This document shows positions 12,791 through 25,834 of a DNA stretch of 64,000 bases, piece after piece (position 1 is the first letter of the stretch; each line of letters opens with the position of its first letter). Made by a program: the position numbers and the translations under genes. Below the pieces are notes generated by a model. It was not told where the DNA came from. It saw only the letters and a program-made list of their open reading frames with translations, and did no database searches. The stretch is from Octopus vulgaris (Eukaryota), in assembly GCA_951406725.2 (NCBI GenBank), contig OX597819.1:100874001-100938000 (forward strand), written 5' to 3'.

Positions 12791-13038
12791 ATTCATATGA
12801 GATATCTTATAGGGAAAATTGTAGAGTATTATTGCCTATTGTTTCACTCCGATTACTAAAGTGACGTAGAAAATCTGATGAAAAAAAAATCTGATAAACA
12901 CCCAGTGAGGTTCGAAACTCAAGCACGTTGTTTAGTATCTGCAATCTAATGAAAACTAAATTTGACCTATTTTGTTTGACCAATATGAAGCTAAACACGT
13001 AAATATATGTATGTATGTATGCATGTATGTATGCGTGC

Positions 13039-13078
<40 letters not shown>

Positions 13079-15051
13079 ATATACATGTATATTCTTGTGC
13101 TTGCTTGCATAATACATACACATACGCGCATGCTCGCATGCATGCACGCACTCATATACTCATAATATCTCTAGAATTACCGAAGTTTTTTGTGCCATTG
13201 CATGCAGATATAAACTGGTTTCGTTTTGGAAAATTTTAACTCCACATCCATAGACATAATATATTGACTACCGCTATCAGGAACCGATGAGACGATGGGG
13301 TACAGATGCTTGGTAACCGGGGTTTATGCAAGGCTGAATGGAAAATGAACCTGTTTTGGCGATGATTATTTTGCAACAGTACATATTTTGTTTGGCAGGA
13401 AAAGACAAACACACGAGTACGCAGTAATATACATATGTAAAGAAAGAGAGAGAGAGAGAGAGAGCGAGAAAGAAAGCGAGTGAAGAAGGATGAGAGAAAT
13501 AATTCACTTTTTTAATATTCCTAAAGAACACTCACACAGGTAAACAAATAGAGAGAGAGCAAGTGAGCGAGCGAGCAAGAGAAAGAGGGAGATAGAGATG
13601 GAGTGAGAGCGAGAGTGAGACAGAGAAAGAGAAATAGACAGACTGAGAGGGATAGAGGTGGTTTATTGTGTCCTTACTGTCTCTCTCCGACTTTTCTTCT
13701 CACAGTAGCAAAATTCGATTTCTATTTTGTAAAACACGTTCATAAATCCATTGTGAGAAATGTTTTCTTAACGTGCTTATAAATGAACAATTGTACCTTG
13801 ACAAAGCTTTGCAGACGCCAGTAAATGTATTTTTGTTGCTTGCATATAAGAAGTGCAAGTCCCACTGGGTTATTATCAAGAGATGTGGTTTCTTTCACTT
13901 ATGAAGCGAAATGACGGGGAAACATGTGTCTATATGAAGACTTCATTTCAAGCCCAGCTAGATGCATGTATAATCTACATGATACTGTTTTTCCAAGACA
14001 ATAATTACAGCGAACGTCTTCCAATATTTGAGTATACACAAAGTATGCTTGGTGCGTTTTTAACTAACATAGAGTGTGCTTTTAAGTAATATATACTGTT
14101 GTTTTATTTCCTTGATTTATTTTGCGCAAAAGATTTTCCTGCTTCTTTTATTTAATATTGTTTAGTAAGCTTTTATCTTTTCGTTTTAACAATATTTCTC
14201 TCCCATGTGATTTATATCTGCACCAGCAAAACATGTTCTAGATGTTGTGAGAAATAAGCGTAGGATTATCAGAAGACCGAGTTGTTACTGTATTAAAATA
14301 AATGCAAAATTCAGCGTCATTTCCACTTCTACAATTCATTCGAAAATGTTTGATGAAGAGAGGATATAAATGAAGACATTTGTACAAGAACCATGCAGAG
14401 TCATTCAGCTCAATGTGTATATTTGTTTAGATGTAAGTGCGTGTGTGGCTGGAGTGCAAATGTGTTCGTGTTTGTGTGTGTTTGAGTGTTTGGCTGTGTG
14501 AAGTTATATGTAACAGATGTGAAGTTATATGTAATTTTGGAATACGTATCATGACGGCAATGAATATTGCGATTCGATCAACAGAGTTTGATAAAATAAA
14601 TTCAAAACAGATGAAAATTAAGCCAGATAGTCTTAATAGAATCCCCTGTAAGGCGTTGCTACAATATAACTGACGTCCAGTGACTGCAATTAGAAATGAA
14701 AGTAGATAGTTATATATTTCTGAGAAAAAATATAAAGGAGAAAAATATAACTAGACAAACAATATTTATATATGTCTGCGATGACGTCAGAATGTCTGCG
14801 TTGCAATCACACACACGTACACACGTATATAAATAGTCGGTTATATTTATGAGACTGTGATATGTGTGTTAAAGTTTATGGAATTACATATAAACTATCA
14901 ACTGATATCTGTAATCTCTCATAAATATCGCATATTATATACATTCCGACAGGAGCCGTATCACTGTATCACTGATGTAAAGTCAAAGCATAAAGTATCA
15001 ATATGAAAAGAAAACATACGTACAAATATATATACACTTACTAAACCAATG

Positions 15052-15104
<53 letters not shown>

Positions 15105-15207
15105 GTAAGCACACACACGTATGTACGCATACACATATATATGAATGAAAGTAATGGAGTAAGAGATCCGAATAGATATTTTCAAATATGTATTTATTGA
15201 AAAACTG

Positions 15208-15271
<64 letters not shown>

Positions 15272-15869
15272 TTGTATGTATGTATGTATATGTATGCATG
15301 TAAGAATGCATATATATGTTTGTATTTCTATGTATTTATCTGTGTTCTGTGTGCGAATAAATATATACGAACATACATCTATACGTGCACATACCTACAT
15401 ACTCACATTCATACTTACAGAGACACACTTGTATTTTTGAAACTGGAGATTTTTCTCTACTCGAGTTTCATGCAACTGCCATCTTTAGGCGAGAAATGTA
15501 TTTTGTTGGTATATTTACATTCGTTTAAATGAACGATATATCGAGCTATGTTTGACCATTAGTTTGTTGGGTTGTTATTTTTCTGCCCCTTTCTTAATGC
15601 CTTCATTTTGGTTTGATGCGTGGTATTGCGCTTCCGTTTCTCCAATTTGTTAATGACGAAACTATTTGTAATTCTGATTCTTTTATTGCTATTGCTTTTT
15701 AGGAATTCCTGATCGCCTCCATATATGCATATACTCTTTAAATTCCTAAAATTGTTTCAACTTTAAAGCTGCTGCCGTTTGGTAGCACCACCGTTATATA
15801 TCTTTAATTATTTCAATTGATAATTTCAAAATGAAGTATCTCTCACCCTCATGAAAGATGTTCATTCTA

Positions 15870-17065
15870 TTATATTAAATCGTCAAGTATGAAATTTGTA
15901 ATAAAGTATATGGCGAACTTTGACAGGTGCTCATTTTGTACCATTGTCATATTTTGACAATCTTTATTTTTTGTTAGAAAGCTGACACATCTATTTCGTT
16001 ATTCTAACTCATTCTGCGCTTTATAGATTATTTATATATCATTTTATTTTTGCTATTTTTGTTTAAAGATGGATAAGTCGGAAATTCGTACAATTTTGAA
16101 ATATGATTTCTTTCTTGGAAAGACAGCATCACAGACAGCTCGAAATATTAATGGAGTAGTTCATTCTAATGTTATTACAAAGCAGACCGTATGGAATTGA
16201 TTTTTAAAATTTCGTTCTAGTAACTTTCACATCTTAAATGAGCAATGCGGTCGTCCAGAAACAAAGGTGGATAATGACAAACTGAAAGCCAGATCCATCT
16301 CAAAGTGCCCGTTATTTAACGTTGTTTTGTGGTGTTAGCAAGCAAACAATATTTGCTCACCTTGTTCAAATCGGTAAAGTGAAAAATTTGAATAACTGGG
16401 TTCTACATGAACTCAATGAAAATCAGAAACAGCAACGTTTGTATGCCTGCATTATGCTACTTTCTCGTCACAAAAAGGAATTATTTTTGAATCGAATTAT
16501 AACATGTGATGAGAAATGGTTCCAATTCAACAACCTTAAATGTTGTGTACAATGGTTGGACAAACAAGCCACCAAAACATGGTCCGAAAAGCAAAATTCC
16601 TCAAAAGAAGTTGATGGTGGTCTGGCGCAGGTGTGATACATTATGATTTCATTAAACCTGGATCATCAATCACGGCCGAAGTATACTGCAGATAACTGGA
16701 CCAAGTGATGCAGAAACTTACAAAAAAACAGCTTAGATTATTCAACAGGTCCACCCCTATTTTATTGCAAGACAACGCCAGAACACACGTCGCAAACGTG
16801 ACATTGGCGAAACTACAGGAGTTGGAGTTGGAAGTTCCCCATCATCCACCATACTCATCTGATCCTGCCTCCACTGACTACCACTTCTAGAATTTGGATA
16901 ACTTTTTAATAGGAAAAAATATAATTCCTACCATACTGTAAAACAGGCCTTCCAAGATTTTATTGACTCTAGATTACCAGGCTTTTACAGTTCCAAGCTG
17001 GAGAAGCTACCACTGAAATAGCAAAAGTGTATGGACAATATGGGTGCATATTTTTGATACATTTA
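15870..17065 (+). mobile_element. Mariner (DD34D-type) transposon with near-full-length transposase pseudogene (ATG at 16069)
   Basis: MDKSEIRTILKYDF..TARNIN (HTH), WVLHEL, IITCDEKW, LLQDNAR, HPPYSSDPASTDYHF; several stops and frameshifts; TIRs not clearly recoverable. Confidence 0.92.
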
Positions 17066-17717
17066 TTTAAAAAGTGTACACATATAAATCTTACATAGCC
17101 ATCTTAGTGGAAGTAAATTCTGGACACCAGCAAATTCGGGACACCAACAAGTTCGCAATTTTTCTTATACATCAGAATATTGGAGTACTGTTCTCGACGT
17201 GATTATAGTCGCAAACTCGTTGACAATTTTCTGTATCGTCTTTCCGTTTTCGAAGCGAAGATCATATTTCCCAAATCACAATCTCGTCCACTGTCTCCTA
17301 TGTACAATATCTATTCAGTTGTCCGCTACGATTTGTTTCGGTTTATATTCTGATTGGATTATGGCTGCCATCATTATCAGTTGGTGATCTTACTGTTGGT
17401 GTTTATTATATTTATCTCTTAAATGTAATATACACCAACTTGCTAGCATATGAATTCCAAATACAGATTTAACAAAATACTTCCAAATACTCCGCCAAGC
17501 TAATTATCACTGATTTTAATATTTAAAAAAATCACTAGTTTGTCCGTTCATTGCCATTTATGTGCAGCCCTGTCTCTCTTTGATACGTGTTGCATACTGT
17601 CTTCGTTGAGTATTTTCATATTGACATCTATTTTACGTTGTTTAATCTATGTATGTATGTATGTATGTATGTATGTATGTATGTATGTATGTATGTATGT
17701 ATGAATGTATGTATGTG

Positions 17718-18265
17718 TCACTTTTGAGTGCTACTGGGAACATGTAACCCAGTACAACCTGTTGCATGGTCGGGTGGTTGGTGACTAAACCGGCAACCCC
17801 ACCAAGCTTGCTTGATGAGGAGGGTGTTTATTGGACTTCCTGCGGGATGAAAAACAAAACCCGTCAAAGGGCGGATGAACTCTTGAGAGTCAACGGCCAT
17901 CCAATAAATGCCTTAAGGCTGTATCATGCGCGGGGACATAGAAATAATCGTACTGAATACCCGATCGCGTGGTTAAACCATTGGGAGTGAAGGACTCCTA
18001 GCCTTTGTTAGGGCATCCTTCTAGGAGAAGGTAACTCAGGTAACTGGGATAACTCCGACATAAAACCTGCGGCTCAGTGGTTACCGATGATGTTGACTTG
18101 TTCTTCTTTTCGGATTATGGCTGCTGTTGCTTAGTGAGTGGGATTGACTCAGTGCACAGCCTTTCCTCACTTTAAAAAAAATCTTCTTGCACAGGCATTG
18201 CACGATAACAACATTGATTAAGCTTCGTGCAATGGCCATACTCGATAAAGAGGGGGCAGCCACCA
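17718..18265 (+). mobile_element. Non-coding element resembling an RTE-clade 5' UTR, embedded in (TATG)n
   Basis: Contains gggcatccttctaggagaaggtaactc..taaaacctgc, similar from memory to RTE 5' UTR motifs. (TATG)n on both sides; no ORF homology. Confidence 0.5.
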
Positions 18266-18356
18266 TGTATCTATTATGTATGTATGTATGTATGTATGTA
18301 TGTATGTATGTATGTATTTATGTGTATGTATGTATGTATGTATCTATGTATGTATG

Positions 18357-18387
<31 letters not shown>

Positions 18388-18879
18388 GTACGTATGTACG
18401 TACGTATGTATATATGTATGTATGTATCTATGTATGGGCAGAATGATAGTTAGAAAGGTAACATATTTACATATGCCTATATGATTGTGTGTGTATGTTT
18501 GCGAGACTATGTGTGTTTGTGTATTTATGTTAACTTATGGGAAATACCCAAGAGTAAAACAACCTACACCTCAGAGATTCCAGCCATCATCAGTGACGTA
18601 TTTTCGGAGTTATTTTATCGGCTGTGATAGAATTGATTTTGTTTTAGTTTCGATAAAGATACATAGCTATAATATACACAACGATGAATAAAGCGGATTC
18701 TATAAATTCGTTTGTTTTTAAGAATTTAATAATCAATACCATCATCATCATAATGATTCAACTTGGCTGTGTTAACAGAGTAATTCTACCAGATAGAAAT
18801 AACGACTATATTTGATTTTAAAAACACTCAAATACTTTACTAAATATTATGCTCTTGGCTAAAACGTATTTAATTATAG

Positions 18880-19108
18880 GTCGCTTCGGTGAGTGATAAT
18901 GTAGAATAGATAAAAAGAAGAACGATAACATTCGAACGAAAAGCATTGCAGCATTTACAGTCTTCACGTTCTGATTTGACATTCAATGGAGGTCGACATT
19001 GCCTGTCATTTCTCTCGGGGTTAATGAAATAAGTAACAGTCGGACACAGGTCAATGAAATCAACTAGGCCAACCCCAAAGTTTTAGGCCTTTGGCCTACG
19101 ATAGAGGA

Positions 19109-19173
<65 letters not shown>

Positions 19174-19233
19174 ATATTATAGAATCGTTAGCACGCCGGA
19201 CAAAATGAGCACAACAGTTCTCACATCGACTGC

Positions 19234-19317
<84 letters not shown>

Positions 19318-19471
19318 ATATTATAGAATCGTTAGCATGCCGGGCGAAATGCTTAGCTGTATTTTGTCTGCCGCTGCGTTCTGCGTTCAAATTCTTCGGA
19401 GACTTTGCCTTTCATCCTTTCGAGGTCAATGAAATAAGTACCAGTTACGCACTGGGGTCGATATAATCGAC

Positions 19472-19531
<60 letters not shown>

Positions 19532-19684
19532 GGCAGTGGGGTAAAAGAATCGTGCCGCTGCGTTCTGCGTTCAAATTCCACCGAGGTTGATTTTGCATTT
19601 ATGGGTGTCGATAAATCAGGTACCAGTGAAATATCTGTGATCGACTGCCCCTTCCCCACAAAATCCTAACCCTGTGTAGAAAGG

Positions 19685-19719
<35 letters not shown>

Positions 19720-19905
19720 GGCAGTGGGGTAAAAGAATCGTTAGCACGCCGGACGAAATACTTAGCGGTATTTCGTCTGTCGAATTTCGCTAAGGTCGAC
19801 TTTGCTTTTCATTCTCTCGAGGTGGATAAAGTGAATACCAGTCAAGTACTGGGGTCGATGTGATCGACTTATCCCCTCCCCACAAATTTCAATAGAAAGA
19901 ATTAA
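18880..19905 (+). mobile_element. Cluster of about five SINE-B copies or fragments separated by (TTA)n
   Basis: Repeated gaatcgttagcacgccgg heads and gaggtcgac..tgcctttcatcc cores at about 18880, 19180, 19325, 19530 and 19718. Confidence 0.85.
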
Positions 19906-20849
19906 TATCCTCCCATCCTCCCCCTAATCATCATCATCATCATCACCATCATCATCATCAAGATGGTGGTCATTACAATCATTGTTATCATTATCATCAA
20001 CCATCAACGGTTTCTCAAACAGTTTCTTCAAATTTGTTCAATTCATTTTATTATTCTTGTATAGAGTTTCAACGCAAGATCGATAGTGACTAAATGCTAC
20101 AGATGATTAATAGCAATTTATAATATGACTGTATTATATCAACAGGTTTCGCAATGATTTGTGAGCGAAAGAGAATAGAAACGTCAGCCGTTTGCAATAT
20201 CTATGCATTTCCGTCTTAATCATATTACTATATGCAAATATACATAATTTCATCGCCTCTTTTGAGGTAAAAATCTCTGTAGAGTCGATTTTGTGTTTCA
20301 TCATTTCATTTTAATGAAATTAAGTAACAACAGTAGAATGGTGGTGCAAAAATTTGATATATCGTATTGCGAACTTTTCTCTGACGTTACTAACATGAAA
20401 TGAATATTAATCATGAAATATGGCAACCTGTATAGAAGAAGAAGAAGAAGAAGAAGAAAAGCTCATAAGGTGCTATAAAAGTAAGATTCAGTTTCTATTT
20501 CTGATTAAATTATTTCAGTTTAGAAAAGCATGAAATTTGCACATTCATTATCACTTGACAACAAATTTATATACGCTTATGGCAAAACCTTACACATCTG
20601 CATCACAGAATCATCCATATCAGTTGCGAATTGCTTTATATATGTACATGATATGTGGCTTAATGGTAAAGGTTTTGGGCTTACAATCGTAATGTTGTGA
20701 GTTCGATTCACAACGGCACTTTGTATCATTTTGTTTAACAAAAGTGAAATAGGAGTGTTAGAAAATATCAACATTTTATTTCATGTTTCTCCAATCTATT
20801 CGGTTGGCAAAAATGAGTTGTACCTGAATTTCATAGAGTCCGCCTTGTT

Positions 20850-21000
20850 ACATTATATGACACGCTGTAACGCCCTGGGAACTACGTTAATTGTACGCCT
20901 GCCTGTGGAGTGCTCTGCCACCTAAACGTTAATTTTACGAGCAGATTGTTCTGCAGATTAGATCAACTGGATGACTCAATGTCGTAGCCGTCGCAGTGCT
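20850..21000 (+). repeat. Probable interspersed repeat fragment (unclassified)
   Basis: ctgtggagtgctctgccacc..cgttaattttacgagcag..gatcaactgga resembles a cephalopod repeat from memory; no second copy in the window. Confidence 0.35.
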
Positions 21001-22705
21001 GTTATATACATTGCAATACATGAAGTATAGTACATAGGCGACAGCAAGTGTTTTGGGCGGGCAGGAAAAAAAACGTACATGCTACTAACCCCGGCGAAAC
21101 AATGACACAAATGGTAGCGATGAGGAGGGGAGTCGAAAAAATGTAGTTCGTTGCCTGAGCATGAGGTGTAGGTCTTCCATGGAAGCGAAGGCGAGGGCGC
21201 TCACGCATGGACGGACAATGTGACGGCAACGACATAGCTTAAACATGTCAGCCATATAGCTTCTCGAGCCATGTAGCTTCTCTACCTGTGTCAACGAATG
21301 CGAAATAAAAGGGCACGACCTGAACGACTCCTCCGTGCTGAAATCCTGTAGACATTCAGAAATGTTGTATATTATTCTGTGGTAAAAGACTTAACAGATT
21401 TATTGCGGTCGTACAACGTGAAGCCTAGGTTTTCAAGTTGTACCACTTTTCCCTATGATAAAACATACTGGGCTGATACAGCCTAACCAGCTCTGTAAGA
21501 CCAATCGGCATGTAGCTCTCTAACACTAAAATATATAGTAGTGCCTATTTAGAAATAGGTGGGCTGATTCATTTCAAACCGAAATGTTTTGAGCTTAGAG
21601 TCTATTATCAAATTTGGAATGGTCAACTAGGAATATGCACAACATTAGTTTATACATTGTTGTCCTTCCGTGTCCAAAATAGTATGGCGGTTGTGATGTA
21701 AAAGGGGTCATTGAGAGTCCATCTTTAAATCGCTATCATCAGCAACAGCAGTGACAGCATCATCACCACGATCGACAGCAATGTCATTATCATCATGAGC
21801 ATTATCATCATAGTCAACGTCAAATTTGATACCAAAACTAAGTCAAGTTATCGATTCCGTTCCAGTCACTGTCAGTTTTCATATTCTCCTAACTCAAGTG
21901 TGCATATAAAAAAAATTGTCTAATGACAATTTTTGTAGAACATTTTTTTTATTTGCAGTTTCTGACATGGAAAAGAAAAATATAATAAATGACTTTTATT
22001 TAGTAAATTAATTTATTAATGAATTTATTTTAATTCTAGAATTTTTATTTTACATATTATATTCTCTACTTTTTAATCAAAAAAAAAAAAAAAAAAACAG
22101 AAGTAAGAAAAAACAGAAAAGAAAAAAAAATCTCTTTTCATCAAATATTGTCCAGAAAATTCTGTCGGAAATAGAAGCAGACAAAAAAAAATTACTAAAA
22201 TATAAATAAAAAAGAAAAGGAATATTCAGATATCGAAAGTTTGTCTTTTGTGTTTCATTATTCATATCACGTTTCTATAACAATCTTTGCCCATATGATT
22301 TCAGCTTAGCGTCTTGGAGATTGCCGTTTCCACGTGGATCAAATCTGACAAATTGTTTGCTTCACGCATTACTACGGCCATCGCAGAAGATCGCTGAAGA
22401 AAATTATTAGGACTTTCTTTACACATTCATCATTCTTCATAAAATTATTTTCTACGAATGGCGACTGTCACAGTGAATCGCGTAAGGCTGTCTTTCAAGT
22501 GGATGTGTATGCGTGATATCTTTAAAAATTGTGGTGGTGAGAATGGTGGACTGTCAGTAAGCACATGATTTTTGACAGAAAGTAGATCACAACCAAAAGA
22601 CATGCTTTCCAAGATGGATGGAAATGTTTCTACTCAAACAATTTTTCTTTTAATATCTTCTTACTCTTCTATTTTTTTATATCTATATGTCCACACACAT
22701 ACACA

Positions 22706-22771
<66 letters not shown>

Positions 22772-22979
22772 GTATGTTGATATATGACTATGCGTGAGTG
22801 TATGTGTGTCTCCTTGACTTTGTTACAATCTAAAAGAGGCATGACTTTTTGTATATAGTTTCCTCTATCTCTCTCTCACTCTATATACATATATAGCATA
22901 AGAGGAAGGGAGAAAAGCTATATAGAAATATATATATGCAGTTTAGTATCTATGTGTATGTATTTTTGTATGTATCTAT

Positions 22980-23039
<60 letters not shown>

Positions 23040-23359
23040 GCATATGCAACGCACATGTATGTATTTACAAATGCACGCTTTCACGCATATATCACAGAAG
23101 TACACACGCATATCCATTTATGTATCTATCTAGCTAAGAAGATACCTAACTACCTAGATAGCTACACCCCTCTCTCACTATCTACCTACCTTCCTACCAA
23201 CCTACCTACCTACCTACCTATCCGAAGGAAGTTTGGTTTGATCAGTATAAATACAAATTCTCCCTCCTATTTCGATCAGCAATTCTTGCGCTTCTAACCA
23301 TTTCTAACTAAAAAAATGTGAATCACATATATATTTATATATACATACACACGCACACG

Positions 23360-23401
<42 letters not shown>

Positions 23402-23421
23402 AATATATATATTTATATATA

Positions 23422-23566
23422 GGTGCAGGAGTGGCTGTGTGGTAAGTAGCTTGCTTACCAACCACATGGTTCCGGGTTCAGTCCCACTGCGTGGCATTTT
23501 GGACAAGTGTCTTCCACTATAGCCTTGTAAGTGGATTTGGTAGACGGCAACTGAAAGAAGCCAGTC

Positions 23567-23650
<84 letters not shown>

Positions 23651-23830
23651 CTCAACATCGCTTGACAACGGACGCTTGTGTGTTTACGTGCCCGTAATTT
23701 AGCGGTTCGGCAAAAGAGAGCGATAAGTACTAGGCTTACAAAGAATAAGTCCTGGGGTCGATTTGCTCGACTAAAGGCGGTGCTCCAGCATGGCCGCAGT
23801 CAAAATGACTGAAGCAAGTAAAAGAGTAAA
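23422..23830 (+). mobile_element. Near-complete SINE, family A, with internal (TA)n(TG)n
   Basis: A box tggctgtgtgg, B box gggttcagtcc, CORE-like ..ttggacaagtgtctt, tail ggcggtgctccagcatggccgcagtc..aagtaaaagag. Confidence 0.92.
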
Positions 23831-24287
23831 AATATAGTAAGAGAGCTAGGGAGAGAGAGAGAAGGAGAGAAGGAGGGAGAGAGTATCACAAGTTTATCTC
23901 CTTTATATTTTTAAACCACTTGAGCTGCTATATATATTTCTACCCTTCCTGTGAATCATGGAGGAATTGTCTTTTATTCCAGTTCGTTGTTGTATAATAT
24001 TACTCATGACATAGAATGGTGACTGAAAAAGACCGAAAATACCCAAAAAGTTACTGGTTACTCGTAAATTACCCGATTTTATGAATGCTAAATGATTGCT
24101 ACATGCTGCGTGTGGTATTTCTTTAAAAGTCATAGATAGGTAACTTTAATTTGGGACAGACGAAAATTTAGAATGTTATTGCTTGTAGATATATGCTTTG
24201 TCAATCATTTTCATTTATCACAGCACGAGTGAAGTTTCAGCCGTTTTGCGGATCAAAATGTTTTTGATATATGTTAGCGAAACAGAT

Positions 24288-24800
24288 GTAGGCATAGGAA
24301 TGTAGTTAAGAATCTCGCTTAACGACCACGTAGTTTCGGCTTGATTCCCACTGTGTGACACCTTGGGCCAACTGGGTCAACCAATGTCTTATAAATGAAT
24401 TTGGTGAAAGGAAATTGTATGGAAGCTTGTCGTATATATGAGAATATTTGAATTTGTTACTCACCACCACAACTTGACAACAGCTGTGGGTTCGCTTATG
24501 TCGTACAACTTAGCGGTTCGGTAAACATCACCGATATAATAATTAAATAACTGACTGACTGAACTTCCCATTCTCTTGGAATCTCATCGTAACTACCTCC
24601 CGAACGTTCGGTACCTCTCCTAATCTATATAACCTGCACTCCACTCGGAATACCACTGGATCTTCGTATTCTTTCAGATTCTACCACAATGGATCTTACT
24701 GGCTATTTTAGTTAATAAAAGTTAGTACGAATGGAATGGCCCTTGAAGGAGATTCCCTAGCATGGCGGCCATCGGATGATTGTCACAAGTAAAAATATAA
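24288..24800 (+). mobile_element. Degraded SINE-A interrupted by a ~170-bp unrelated segment
   Basis: Head and body at 24288-24545, tail ctagcatggcggcc..acaagtaaaa at about 24745-24795. Confidence 0.65.
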
Positions 24801-24969
24801 AAAAAGAAAAAAGAAAAAAAGGAAGAAAAAAAGGAATGTTAAAAAATATCGAGTATGCGTACATAAAGTTTTAAACAGTTGGTTTTCGTTGATTATATAT
24901 TCAGGAATACATTATGTAAATTACATGGAAATTTCCATAAAATTCATAGGGTGTAATTTATTTTTACCA

Positions 24970-25425
24970 TTTAATTTTCATTTGTGATCAAATATTTTCG
25001 TCGCTTTGAAACCGCGACTTGTTCACTGACAAAGCATGGCGCTGTATCTGAGAGAATATCAGTTAGTGCATGATATATATGTGTTTATGTATGTACGTGT
25101 GCATGTATGTACGAATGTATATATGCGTACATGCACACATACATGTATACATGCATACATACATACAAACATATATACATACATAACAACATAATATCAT
25201 GAACTAACTGTAACTCTCAGATGCAGCGCAAAGTTTTGTCAGTGAACAGGTCGCGGTTTCAAAGAGACAAAAATATCTTGACACAAAAGAAAATTAGATG
25301 TTTGAAGTGAAACTAACGGATTTGTGTGTTGTTGAAAGGCTTACAAATATCTTCCATGCTGCAATTGTTTTTGTTCCAGCACACGATCTCGGATTACGTA
25401 ACGTGCTAGGCAAGTACATATCTAT
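24970..25425. mobile_element. Second inverted pair of G3-C8 HHR PLE-type termini, with microsatellite spacer
   Basis: cgtcgctttgaaaccgcgacttgttcactgacaaa versus tttgtcagtgaacaggtcgcggtttcaaagagac. The right arm continues as the reverse complement of 6960-7090. Confidence 0.85.
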
Positions 25426-25564
25426 AATTTATTTGTAAGATCCCTTAATATTATGATTTAATAACTTTATATGTATATAATTTTAAAAAGGCTTTCCCAT
25501 TGTGAGCGGCAGTTGAAATGCTAGAACTGCATAACGAATTATACTCATTCAAGATGGCACGCTC

Positions 25565-25605
<41 letters not shown>

Positions 25606-25724
25606 CATGTGTGTTTGTGTGTAAGTGAGTTTAGAGCGATATATCACCGGGGCAGATAGAGAATTAGCTTTCAGTTAGGTTCCATTTAACAGTTAACACA
25701 ACGATCAGTATCTAACTTCTGTGG

Positions 25725-25778
<54 letters not shown>

Positions 25779-25834
25779 TTACTTTCTTATTTGTTTCAGT
25801 TGAGTATGGCCATGTTGAAGCACCGACTTCATAT

